Below are positions 1 to 11,300 of a stretch of 64,000 nt of DNA, piece after piece; position 1 is the stretch's first letter; every line of letters begins with the position of its first letter. Source of the DNA: an uncultured Phycisphaerales bacterium (GTDB lineage Bacteria > Planctomycetota > Phycisphaerae > Tepidisphaerales > Tepidisphaeraceae); assembly GCA_963755915.1 (NCBI GenBank), contig CAVWLP010000002.1, positions 160,001 through 224,000 of the forward strand. Reading direction: 5' to 3'. Made by a program: the position numbers and the translations under genes. The notes under the pieces are model-generated. The model was not told where the DNA came from and searched no databases. It saw only the letters and a list, made by a program, of their open reading frames with translations.

Positions 1-6
1 CCTAAA

Positions 7-228
7 TTACGCCGTTAACTTATCCAGATATGCCACCGGCAATCCTAAATCCTCCAATTCCCTTTTCGCGTCCCGCCGCAACCGCTGTCTTATCCAGCCG
101 GATAGCGGCAATCCGGCCGCATCGGCGGCGGCACGGAAGGTATCCTTCTCGGATTTCTCGACTCGCATTTCGATCCATTCGGTTTTCACGTCATCCGGGT
201 TTTTCTTCGGTCTTCCAGCTTTTCTCAT
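7..228 (-). CDS. Small ribbon-helix-helix-like DNA-binding protein with N-terminal AT-hook-like motif, divergent from the transposase
   Basis: 73 aa; GRPKK motif followed by IEMRVEKSEKDTFRAAADAAGLPLSGWIR (RHH/MobC-DUF1778-like pattern). Confidence 0.6.
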   Translation of the reverse strand: MRKAGRPKKNPDDVKTEWIEMRVEKSEKDTFRAAADAAGLPLSGWIRQRLRRDAKRELEDLGLPVAYLDKLTA

Positions 229-311
229 GCCAATATGATACGGACGAAAATCATATCGGTCAAGTAATTTTATTCTTGACAGGGACGATTATTGTCCGTA
301 TACTATTCAAC

Positions 312-1727
312 ATGGAAACAGCACTTTATAACGGTCAAAAAGTAACAGACGGCATCAATGAGGGCGTTGAAGCCCGGAAACAGCGCGGCCTTGAAATCGC
401 CGCCTTGGCCAAGATTGACCGAAAGAACGGCATTTATCTTGTCCCGTCCGTCACCAGTCCACGGCATCAGAAATATCAGGTTCAATACAGCAAAGAGAAT
501 CCGACTTGCACCTGTGAGGACTTCCACCAGCGCGGATGCCGTTGCAAGCATATTTATGCGGTCGAATTCGTCCGCCGCCGTGAATTGAATCCCGATGGCA
601 GCACCACGGTTACCGAATTGGTAATCATTTCCAAAAAGCGAAAGACGTACCCGCAGAACTGGCCCGCGTACAACGCCGCGCAGACGACCGAAAAGGCAGA
701 ATTCCAGCGGCTGCTGGCCGAAGCCTGCCGGGACTTGGTGACACCGGCGCAAGAGGGACGTGGCCAGCGTCGTATGCCGCTGTCGGACGCGGTGTTTTGT
801 GCCGTGTTCAAGATTTATTCCACGATGAGCGCCCGCCGCTTCACCAGCGATCTTTGCGACGCGCAGGCCAAGGGACACATTCAAAAAGTCCCGCACTTCA
901 ATAGCGTCCTGAAGGCGCTGGAGAGTGCCGAATTATTCCCGATTCTCGTGGATATGATTCAGCGGAGTGGTGCGGTGCTCGCGTCGGTTGAGTCTCAATT
1001 TGCGGTGGACTCGGCTTTGCCTTTTTAAGTTAACCTAGGTAATTTGGCGATCGATTTTATGGGCAGCCGCCGGATTTTGTGGGCAGGGGCGATTTAAAAG
1101 GCAAAGTCGGTGGACTCGACGGGCTTCGCATTCTGCCGATTCACGCGCTGGTACGACATCAAATACAATAAATTCACTTCGGAGCAGCAGTGGATCAAGG
1201 CCCATATCTGCACCGGGACAAAGACGAACGTGGTGACCGCGATTGAACTTAAGGACCGGGACACTGCCGACGCGACCCAACTCCCGGCGCTGGTGGAATC
1301 AACCGCCAAGAATTTCAACATGGTGGAAGTGTCCGCTGACAAAGGCTATTCGGGGCTGGAATCTCACAACGCGATTGCCGCCACCGGGGCGAAGCCCTTC
1401 ATCATGTTCAAAGACAATGCGACTGGTGGCGTCGGTGGATTGTTCCGCAAAATGTTCCACTTCTTCCAGTTCAACCGCGACGAATTCCTTACCCACTATC
1501 ACCGTCGGTCAAATGTTGAATCGACCGTCAGTATGATTAAGGCCAAATTCGGGGACGCGGTGCGGTCGAAAACCGAAGTTGCCGCCCGGAACGAAGTGTT
1601 GGCCAAGGTTCTCTGCCATAACATTTGCTGCCTGATAAGCGCAATGCACGAGCTTGGGATTGAGCCGGTGTTCGGCTTAGGCTCGGCTGCACAACAGAAC
1701 GTAAACCTGCACAACGAAAAGTCTTAA
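312..1727 (+). pseudogene. DDE transposase (IS4/IS5-superfamily-like) with N-terminal SWIM zinc finger, interrupted by a MITE
   Basis: SWIM motif CTCEDF...CKHIYAV; DDE motifs AVDSTG, SADKGY, YHRRSNVES; both halves are in one frame; removing 105 bp restores a 436-aa ORF. Confidence 0.85.
1013..1108. mobile_element. 96-bp MITE with ~15-bp terminal inverted repeats and a 9-bp target-site duplication
   Basis: Left end GGCTTTGCCTTTTTAA versus right end (reverse complement) GACTTTGCCTTTTAA; GGTGGACTC duplicated at 1004-1012 and 1109-1117; internal GATTTT(A/G)TGGGCAG repeat at 1053 and 1073. Confidence 0.88.
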
Positions 1728-1750
1728 ATATGTTCCGGTGTGCAAGGTCC
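1687..1750. mobile_element. Probable right end of the host IS
   Basis: CTGCACAAC repeated at 1687 and 1707 (20-bp period) and inverted GTGTGCAAGGTCC at 1738-1750; the left end is not seen and is presumably outside the window. Confidence 0.45.
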
Positions 1751-1842
1751 AGTCCGCAACAAAATGGGTGGTTTGGGTAGTTTGAGAAAGCGAACGATAC
1801 GTTTTAACAATATTCCGCATCGTCGGTAGAAAGAAGCAATTG

Positions 1843-2430
1843 ATGATGCAAGATGCTCCTGGTGACGATCGTCTCACTCACGAAGTCACGCGAATCCTTG
1901 ACGAAGCGGGACGCGGGAACCCCCGCGCCTCCGAGGCGCTTCTTCCTTTGGTCTATGAGGAACTCCGCAAGCTAGCCGCCCATCGGATGGCGGGGGAGCG
2001 CTCGGACCACACGCTACAAGCGACAGCGCTGGTACATGAGGCGTATATCCGGTTGGTCGGCAATCGCAACTATCCGTGGGCCAGTCGTGCCCAGTTCTTT
2101 TCCGCGGCGGCCGAGGCGATGCGGCGCATTTTGATCGAACATGCCAGGGCGCAAAAGGGGCCGCGACGTGGGGGTGGATTAAAGAAATGGCCCCTGGATG
2201 TCGTCGACTTGGCTGTTGCGGACGACCCGGAACAAATCCTGGCCCTTGACGAAGCGATTTCTCGCCTTGAGCAGCAGGATGCCGATGCCGCACGCGTCGT
2301 ACGGCTTCGGTTTTATGCCGGCCTGAGTATCGACGAAGTCGCCGAGGCAGTGGGCGCGTCGCCGCGGACGGTCAAGCGTAACTGGGCCTATGCCCGCGCT
2401 TTCCTCTTTCGCGTCCTCGAAGGAAAGTAG
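1843..2430 (+). CDS. ECF sigma factor, kinase-associated planctomycete type (TIGR02999-like)
   Basis: LLPLVYEELRKLA, HTLQATALVHEAY, AMRRILIEHAR, RTVKRNWAYAR; immediately upstream of a Ser/Thr kinase. Confidence 0.92.
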   Translation: MMQDAPGDDRLTHEVTRILDEAGRGNPRASEALLPLVYEELRKLAAHRMAGERSDHTLQATALVHEAYIRLVGNRNYPWASRAQFFSAAAEAMRRILIEHARAQKGPRRGGGLKKWPLDVVDLAVADDPEQILALDEAISRLEQQDADAARVVRLRFYAGLSIDEVAEAVGASPRTVKRNWAYARAFLFRVLEGK

Positions 2431-2454
2431 CAGGCGTCGCCGCTGGAGTTTTGC

Positions 2455-2814
2455 ATGGCTGAGGCGCCACCCAATCGAATTAAGTCGATCTTCACTGAGG
2501 CGTCGGAGATCGCGGTCGATCAGCGGGCCGCCTTTCTGGACCAGCAGTGCGGAAACGATGCCGCGCTTTGCGCGGAGGTGGAAGCACTGCTCTCGGCCGC
2601 CGAAATGGCGGGTGAATTTCTCGGCGCTCCCACACGCCTCTCCTCCCCAACAATTGGCCAAATACCGATCCACGAAGGCCCTGGCGCGAAGATCGGCCCC
2701 TACAAGCTTCTGCAACTAATCGGCGAAGGCGGCTTCGGCAGCGTCTTCATGGCCGAGCAGGAGTTTCCCGTCCGCCGCAGGGTCGCGCTGAAGATCATCA
2801 AGCTGGGGATGGAC
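2455..2814 (+). pseudogene. Ser/Thr kinase-WD40 gene, 5' segment (subdomains I-II)
   Basis: IGEGGFGSVF Gly loop and RVALKIIKLGMD, then abrupt loss of kinase sequence. Confidence 0.9.
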
Positions 2815-5739
2815 CCCCCGCCGATAACGCCCATTTACCCGCACCATCGTCGGGGCAGATGGGCAGCAGCATGTGGGTTGTAGCCGACACCGGCCCCAGG
2901 GACTGGATCTGCTTGAGGGTACGCCTATCCAGAATGGGGATGTAGTGATCATTACCAGGTACCGCCAACCGGTCCGGATCAAGAAACGTCATTCCGCGAG
3001 CTTCGCCGGATACATAAGACCGTCGTGTGCTGCCCCCCGGACCAAGATCCCAATCAACGACCAAGCCTGTGCCCGTGTAACCAATGAACAGGTGCCCGTC
3101 CGTCGCGGCGCGAGAGAGTCTCGGGCGCCGCTGTCTGCAACAGGCGCAAATGCAACCACCTGACCTTCACCCAGGTCGTTGAGCGCCCGCAAGAGTTTCC
3201 CGGTGCGCGTGTCCCAGATGCGGGCGGTGTAATCGGCTCCCACCGTCGCAAGCGACCGTCCATCCGGGGAGATCGCCAGTGATCGCGGACTGCCATCATG
3301 GGCCTTAACCGACCAGAGCGTTTTACCTGAAAGCAGTTCGATGGCCTGTACGGCATCGTCGCCAAAGGTTGACGTATAAAGGTATTTGCCATCCGCTGAC
3401 AGAGCGTTGGCTTCACTCCAATGCCAATTGTCGATGCGTGCCCGCCGAAGCACTCGACCCGTGACAGTGTCCTGCACCACAATCGCGTCCCCGGCAGGTG
3501 TTCTGCCGGCACAGAGCAATCCGTCTGGGGTCATGGTAATCCCGGCATCGCTGTCTTCACCGATTCGTACCGGTGCCCGAACCGGCCACGCATAGGCGCG
3601 ACCGTTGTGGTCGACACCGATTACCACTCCCTGGTCTGTGGGTGGCGTTGCCTTGGTGGACTCGCATGCGATCGCCCCGGTGTCGGGGACGAACCCGATT
3701 TCCATCCGAGACGCGTTTTGGTTTCCCAGTTCGACTCCGCCAAAACCCGGCGTGGTGAGGCTGGCGTCGAGCACGCGTATCGTGCCGTCACTTCCAGAGG
3801 TGATTACCCGTTGTCCCTCAGGTGTGACAACGACGGTGCGTATCGTCCCGCTCTGAACCGACGTTACAGTTCCTTTGGCGCCAGAGACCGGAAAGAATCC
3901 GAGTTCGCCATTGTATTTTCCTCCGCAAACGACGCCCGTATCATCCGGAGTGAAGGTGACACACTCACTTCCCCCATCAAGTCCCTTAATTTCCCGAATA
4001 AGCTTACCGGTCCGTGGCTCCCAAAGCCTGATGGTGTTTTGCCTGGTGACAGTCGCCACCATCAAACCATCGTGGGAAAACGAAAGAGCATCCACGGCAA
4101 TACCGTGCCGTCCTTCACCGAGACGCTTGAAAGTGTCCGTTTCCCAAAAAACCACCGCGTCCCCCGCATCGATTGACGCCGCCAGCTTTCCGTCTGGCGA
4201 GAGCGCGCAGGCTCGCGTGGCGCGGTCATCCTGAATCTCGCGAACAATCGCGCCGGTCTTAACATCCATAATGCGGGTGAACCCCTCGCTGCCTGCCACG
4301 ACCACGGGACCGTCGGGGGATTCGACACTGGCCATGCATTTCACGTCGCGGGCGTCGCCAAATGAGCGCAGTTCCCGGCCGCTGATGATGTCCAGCACAT
4401 GAAATTGTTTGTCCTCGCCATTCCCGGCGAGAAGAAGCTCTTTTCGTTTGGCCAGCAACGTCCAGACTTTCGGCGCTCCGCCGGGGATTGTCGCTGTCCA
4501 GAGGGGTGGTGGCGAAAGTCGATACAGGCGAACCAGCGATAGATTCAGCGCGCCATACGGCTCGCCAAGCTCCTTAAGAATTGTCTCAGCCTCGGCAAGC
4601 CGTGCGTAGCTGGCGGGGAACTCTCGAGTTGCCATGAGCGCGTCGGCGTTGCTGATCAGACTGTTGGCATATTGAAGGCGGCTTCGGTGGGCTTCATCTT
4701 CCGCGCGAGCCGCCTGGGCCTGGGCAAGTGCCTTTTCGCGCTCTGCAACTAGCTGAGCATCGAGGACCCGGTCGCGTTCACGGATCAACTGATGGTCGGC
4801 GCGGGTGGCTCGGATGGCCTGCCAGGAGCTGATCGCGACGGCAGCCACCAGCAGCACCGCAATCGACCCCGCCAGTGCCAGCGGCTTGCGGTATCGCCTG
4901 GCAAATTTCTCCAGGCGATAGCGCGCCGATGGTGGGCAGGCTTCCACGGGTTCATCCGCCAGATAACGCTCGATGTCCCGCGCCATTGCGCTGGCGGTGT
5001 CGTATCGCCGGGTGCGGTCTTTCTCCAGCGACCGCATGACGATCCAATCGATTTCACCTCTAAGCAACCGGCTGAGTTTCGCCGGATCGCTTCGCCGTTC
5101 GGCGGCAACGGTCGCGAGCTGCACGCCCATCGTGCTGAGCCGCGTTGATGGCGCAGGCGGATCCTGCTCCTGGATCATCTTCTGCATCTGCTCATAAGCG
5201 GCTGTCCGCAGCGCCTTGGCGTCCAGTGGAGTTGTTCCTGTCAGCAACTCGTAAAAAAGCACACCCAGGCTGTAGACATCCGAGCGGGTGTCGATATCCA
5301 ACCCGCTCATCTGTGCCTGCTCGGGACTCATGTATTGCGGTGTGCCGATCATCTGCCGGAATTCCGTGAAAAGAGTTTTCTCGGTCAACCGCTGATGCAT
5401 CGCCTTGGCAACCCCAAAGTCGATCACCTTGGGGACTGCCTTGTCGTCATGAAGTGTGGTCAACACATTGGTCGGTTTGATGTCGCGGTGAATAATCCCC
5501 TTGGAGTGCGCATGCTGCACCGCATGGCAAACCTGCAGAAACAGTTCGAGCCGCTCCCGGGTGGTTAGTTTGTTGGTATTACAGTATTCCGTGATCGGAA
5601 TTCCATGCACCAGTTCCATCACGAAATAAGGCCTGCCGGTTTCGGTGGCACCGGCATCAAAGACCCTGGCGATGTTGGGATGATCCATCATCGCCAGCGC
5701 CTGCCGCTCGGCCTCAAAACGCGCGATGACCTGTTTGGT
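2815..5739 (-). pseudogene. Ser/Thr kinase-WD40 gene, inverted central segment (catalytic core, TM helix, WD40 repeats)
   Basis: Minus strand reads [46 protein letters not shown], a TM helix and WD40 repeats; one apparent 1-bp frameshift near 3110. Confidence 0.9.
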
Positions 5740-6581
5740 GTGACGAGATGCTGGTCTGGGACTTGGTCTCAGGCAAGGAACTGTGCGTTTTTTCGAGATT
5801 TGACGATTACCCCCTGGGCAGCGCGGCGGTGTCGGCCGATGGGAAGATTGTCTGCTGCCGCGGAGCCCGGCGAATCAATCTCGATCTGCCCGAGCAATAT
5901 CGCAAGCTTGGACCAGACCCTGCGCCTGTTGCCCAGGCCGCCTGGTATGCTGAATGGGGTGTCTGGGCATGGACGCGGGAGTTGCTGCTCCGCGAGCGCC
6001 TGGCCGGACATGAAGTGCCCGCGCTTCTGCTTGCCAGGTCAGATTGGATGTGCGGCGATACCGACGGTGCCCGCGAGGCGTTCGACCTGGCGGTCGCCCG
6101 GCATGAAACTCCCGCGTGGTACGCCACACTATGCATGTCGGTCGGTAATGACCCATTGGTGATTCATTTCACGCAACCGGCCACCCGTCCCAGCGATCCG
6201 GTCGAATCCCACCCGCTATCCCTGCCGCTTGCGGGGAGCGTCCTGTCGGCTGGCGATGTGAAGGATCTCATCCCGCTGATTGGTAAAGAGGTGACGGTGG
6301 AAGGGATCGTCGCCGAAAGTGTCTGGAGCAAGAACGCCAAGCATCTCGACATCGTCTTTCAGGGCGATACCGAGGACACTCCCGGGTTGGTGTGTGTTCT
6401 GCACCGCGAGAATCGCGCGGCCTTTGATGCCGCATTTGACTCCGATGCCCGCACCGCTTTTTCCGGAGCCCGGCTGCGGGTACATGGAACGCTCATACCG
6501 TACACAGGTAAGCGCGCCGAACTCAAAGGATGGCCGCAGATCGATTTGGAAGACGTCAAGCAGGTGACTATCGTGAAATAA
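5740..6581 (+). pseudogene. Ser/Thr kinase-WD40 gene, 3' segment (last WD40 repeat, helical region, OB-fold-like domain)
   Basis: Begins mid-WD40 ([13 protein letters not shown]); QPATRPS linker; IGKEVTVEGIV...LRVHGTL...PQIDL. Confidence 0.75.
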
Positions 6582-6889
6582 TCGTCCAATCGAACTGGCC
6601 CCTCCATGGTTGGCGTTGACGTTTAGAAGTGTGTGATCCACGGTATTTTGCGACCGAAGCGCGGCGAGTGAATCCTGGAAACGTAGGCCCCCCAACCGCG
6701 CTGACAGCACCATCATCTATGCCGGCGGAGCCGGGACCCCATCCCTGAAATTCCATTCGCCTGAGTGCCGCGTCCCATTCTTCGACAAATCTTGTCCCCA
6801 AACCAGTCAATCTCTCGCGTTGAGAAACGGAAAGCGCGACGCCGAGAGGCGTTGCGCATTCATAGGGCAATCTTTTTGAAGGAGAGAAT

Positions 6890-8163
6890 ATGAGATCGAA
6901 GCATTGGATTTCGTTTGGCGGGTGCATTGATCGCAGGGGTTGCAGCAGGCTGCTTCTCTTGTCCTTTGTTTGGTTGGGGCCCGCCCTGGCCCCAGCAGCG
7001 CGGGCTGACATCCTGTACAGCCTCATCGATTTGGGTGCCTTGGGTGGTACAGGCAGCCAAGGCTGGGCGATCAACGCCAGCGGGCAAGTGACGGGGGACG
7101 CAGGCACCAGCGGAAACGCCACCGCTCATGCTTTCCTGTACAGCAATGGCAGCATGACTGATCTGGGCACGCTCGGCGGCACATACAGCCAGGGCATCGC
7201 GATCAACGACAGCGGTCAGGTGACCGGGGAAGCAACCACCAGCGGAAACGCCACTCATGCTTTCCTGTACAGCAATGGCAGCATGACGGATCTGGGCACG
7301 CTCAGCGGCACAGACAGCTACGGCGCGGCGATCAACGACAGCGGGCAGGTGACGGGGCAATCAGACATCAGCGGAAACTCCCCTCATGCTTTCCTGTACA
7401 GCAATGGCAGCATGACGGATCTAGGCACGCTCGGCGGCACAGAAAGCTACGGCACCGCGATCAACGCCAGTGGGCAGGTGATGGGGTTCTCAGACACCAG
7501 CGGAAATGCCGCCGTTCATGCATTCCTGTACAGCAATGGCCACATGACTGATCTGGGCACGATCGGCGGCACACGCACCAGCGGCACCGCAATCAACGCA
7601 AGCGGACAGGTGACGGGGTTCTCATACACCAGCGGAAACGCCGCCTATCATGCTTTCCTGTACAGCAATGGCAGCATGACTGATTTGGGCACGCTTGGCG
7701 GCACGATCAGTCAGGGCTCCGCAATCAACGCAAGCGGACAGGTAACGGGGGCGCAGAGATCAGCGGAAACGCCACTCATGCTTTCCTGTACAGCAATGGC
7801 AGCATGACCGATCTAGGCACGCTCGGCGGCACAGACAGCTACGGCGAGGCGATCAACGACAGCGGGCAGGTCGTGGGATCCGCCAACACCAGCATAGGCG
7901 ACTGGGACGCATTCCTGTACAGCAACGGCAGCATGATCGACCTCAACAGCGTGGTTGCTCCCGGTTCCGGTTTCACGATGACCGAAGCCGACGGCATCAA
8001 CGATGCCGGCGACATCTGTGGGCAAGGAACCGACGCCGATGGCAACAGTTACGCATTTGAGCTCACGCCTATAGCCGTCCCCGAACCCGCCTCGGCCAGC
8101 TTGCTCGCCATTGGCTCGCCGGTCCTTTTCGCTCGCCGTCGGCGACCGCAGGAACAAATCTAA
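6890..8163 (+). CDS. PEP-CTERM sorted extracellular HAF-repeat beta-propeller protein (1-bp frameshift near 7750, probably a sequencing error)
   Basis: Signal peptide; seven HAFLYSNGSMTDLGTLGG-type repeats; C-terminal VPEPASASLLAIG...RRRR. Confidence 0.9.
7030..7950 (+). repeat. Intragenic tandem repeat of 129/132-bp units
   Basis: CATGCTTTCCTGTACAGCAATGGC-like core at 7127, 7256, 7385, 7517, 7649, 7777 and 7906. Confidence 0.92.
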
Positions 8164-8313
8164 TTCCATTCGGCCAAATGCATCTCGGCGGTTGGAGTAG
8201 CGGATACAGCAGAATATTCAAACTTTGGGAAGGATCTCACTCCACCGCCAACTCCGCATTGCCCGTGAATTTAATGGTTCGTGAATTCAAGTTCGCGTCA
8301 CCTTTATTCATAA

Positions 8314-11300
8314 CTATTGGGGCAATACCACATCAATCGGAACCTCCGTCCACGGCCCCTGGCCGGGCGACAGCGGGGGCACCGTGATCTGCTGGCTGAA
8401 TGATGAGCCACCGCTTAAAGGCATCGCCAGCCGGTAATTCCCGGGGCGGAGAAAGAAGAGGGTGCCTATGCGCGGGACATCGCAGGGAGGGAGCTGATTA
8501 TTGCCATCGAAGACCTGGGGCGGGGGCGAGGTAATGGGGGTTCCAGTGGAGGACCAGACGGCCACGTTCACGTGCCGGAAATGCGCCGGGGAGAAATCGG
8601 TGCGAATTTCGGTGGTCTGGCCCGCCGTCATCGTGAAATGCGGGAGGCCGGGAATGGGCACGAGGCTGCCCATGGGATAAGAGAAGTAGTAGCGTCCGGG
8701 AGGGAGTGGGATTTTGTCGGTAGCGGAATCCCAGAGGCCCATTTCGCAGTGGGTAGAGCCGTCTTCGGATTGGAGGTCGAAGCGGATGGGGAAAGGTTCC
8801 TTGCCGGAGGGGGCCGAGGTGTCGATGAGGCGAAGGGTGGCGGATGATTTGGGGATTCGCATGGTCAGCGACGTTTCCGCGGTTCCCGCGATTCGCTGGA
8901 AGGGGGAGGTGAAGAGAAGGTTGCCATCATCGAAAAAGGCGGCGGAAATAATCAGGTTCTGAGCAGGGACGCCGGTGGCGCGCAGGTGATCGCCTTCGTT
9001 GTCGAAGTCCAACATGCGGGCCCATAGAAGGCCATTGGGCCAGGGGGTGGAGACGACGACAGTGCGGCGGGAAGAGGCGAGGGCCGGATCGTCGAAGGTG
9101 AGGCGGAGAACGACATCGCCCTGGTCGCAGTCGATTGCGCCGAGATCCTGAGGCTGTGCCGTGAGGTCGATGCGGTGGATGGGTACCCAGTCCCGACGGG
9201 AGCCGGACAGGAAGAAGAGGTGGTATGGACCCGGAGGGGCGCCGAAGAAGTTGAAAAATCCATTGGCGTCAGAGGCGCACTTGGCTTCAAAGGGCGTGCC
9301 GTAGAAAGATTGGGTCGTGAGCAGAAGGTTCTGGTAGGCAAATGGATTTCCATCCTTCACGAGACGGCCGCGGATGGTGGGGACGGGGCCACCGAAATCG
9401 AGACGGGCAGTACGGCCATCGACGGGACGAACGACGCGGAAGGCGACGCCCTGAAGATCCTGGCCACCGGCGAGGTTCACCCAGAGGCATTTAGTGGGAA
9501 GATGCGGGGCGCGATAGCGGCCTTGTTCGTCGGCAGTCACTGCCAGCACCCGGTGGGCCTTTACGCGGGCGTCCATGAAGGTGATCTGATCGTCGGAGTC
9601 CTGAATAAGGAGGCTGGCGTGGGGAACAGGCTGACCTTTATCGTCGTACACCGTTCCCTCAACAGTGCCGCCGGCGTGAAGGGAAATCGTTCCCGCATCG
9701 GTCTGCTTTCCTTCGGCGAGGGCGAAGCCCGGGACGATCAGCGGGGAAAAATCGGTGTGGACGATTTTCAGCGTCTCAGTGCCGGGCTGAAGGTGAGGGA
9801 GGAGGAAATGACCAGTGGCGTCGGTGACGACCGCTCCGGTTTCCCCTTCAAAATTCTCCTGCATCGGAAAGTCGGTGCTGACAGCCATGGAGAGAGGAAT
9901 GACTTTCGCGCCGGTGACGGGATTGCCGGAGGAATCTGTCACGATCCCGGCGAGGGAGCCACCGGGCGTAAGGCGAATCGGGATGTCCCTGACCCGCTGA
10001 TTTTCTTCGAGCCGGACCTTGGGGGTCCATTGCCAGGCGTAGTCGCGGGTGGAAATCTGAAGGGAGTAGATGCCGGGGCCGACGCATTCGACGCTGAATT
10101 TTCCGCCGGGGTCGTCGACCTGGGTCCACTGCGGGTCCTGGCTGTAATTGAGGCCGTCGCCGAGCGTTTCAAATTTCCGCACGCGGACGGCGAAGTTGGT
10201 CACGGGATTGCCGGTGGGATCGGTGACGGTGCCGGTCAGACGGGGCTGATTGATGATTTGAAGGGTGATGAGCGGGAGGTTGCCGGGCACTTGGACGCGA
10301 TCGATTTGAAATGGGGTTATGTCTTCAGCGTCGATGGAAAGCTGGTAGGCGCCGGGAGGAAGTTTGAGGGAGTATTGCATTTCGGTGTGGGAGCGGGGGA
10401 TATTCTGGGCCCAGGCGGAATAGCGCTCTTGATTTTCCAAACTAGTGAAATCGACGGAGAGCATGTCGCGCGAGAGTCGGCCGCCGGAGAGTTGAATCTT
10501 GCCGGAGACAGTGACGAGAGAGCCGAGGGACGGCATGGGGACGTTGAGGGTGATGGGCTGGGTGGTGGGGGGCATCTGGAGGGTTCCGATCTGCCGGCCG
10601 GAACTTTCGCCCCAGACGTAGAGCACATTTTCGCCGGGGGCGAGGCCGGTGAGGGTGAAATTGCCGGCGGCGTCGATCTGGGTCCGGGAAAGAATGCCGT
10701 TGCCGGTCCACCAGTCGGGCTGGGCGGAAATCGTATATCCGGCCGCCGGCTTGTGATCGGAGCAGATGGCCACGCCCTTGATGGATAGTCCCGGCTGCAT
10801 GATGAGGGTGACGTCAAGCGGCTTGTCGGCGGAGGCGGGGGTAATCACCTGGCGCGCGGGGGCGAAGCTTTCCAGGGAAGCAAAGACGACGAATTGGCCC
10901 TGGTTGAGGGGAAGCGTATAGCTGGACGTGCCGCTGTGATCGGAACGATCCTGCGGATCGGGGCGAACTCTGGTTCCCAGAAGCTGGCCAAAGGGAAGAA
11001 CGGCAATGTCTTCCGGAGCCAGGCGTTTGCCCTGGCTATCCGTGACGAGCACCTTGATCTGCTGTCCCTTCTGGAGGACGAAATCGCGGCGTGCCCTGGA
11101 GGTGGGGGAGAGTTGGATGGTTGGCGTGTTGTTTGAGTCACCGAGCGAGACAAATCCGCGGGCGAGCACGGAGAGTTGGTAGGTGCCGCTTCTTCCCCTC
11201 CGCAGGGCGCGGAAATTATAGTAGCCTTGGGAATCGGTGGTGGTGGGTGCGCCGCCGCCCACGATTTGCACCTGTGCACCGGGAACCGGATTCCCGGCAG

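Noticed and set aside
2790-5765. Classical invertase (hix/IR-flanked) inverton
   Set aside because: The reconstructed junction arms share no inverted repeat beyond 2 bp and no invertase is encoded in the window. The inversion itself is reported as a finding.
6750-6825. Possible ParE toxin remnant on the - strand (GLGTRFVEEWDAALRR), or an ECF promoter (TGTCCC...CGCGTT) on the + strand
   Set aside because: Both resemblances are short, they compete for the same bases, and neither can be verified by eye.
7030-7950. Regular repeats as a CRISPR array or DGR template
   Set aside because: The units are in-frame protein repeats with no unique spacers, and there is no cas or reverse transcriptase gene in the window.
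8178-8260. Imperfect inverted repeat between convergent genes as a MITE or terminator
   Set aside because: Short imperfect stem with a long loop, no TSD and no U-tract.
9175-10788. Long antisense ORFs (537 aa here; also 36751-38232 and 44589-46091)
   Set aside because: Shadow frames of GC-rich genes on the opposite strand with no recognisable motifs.
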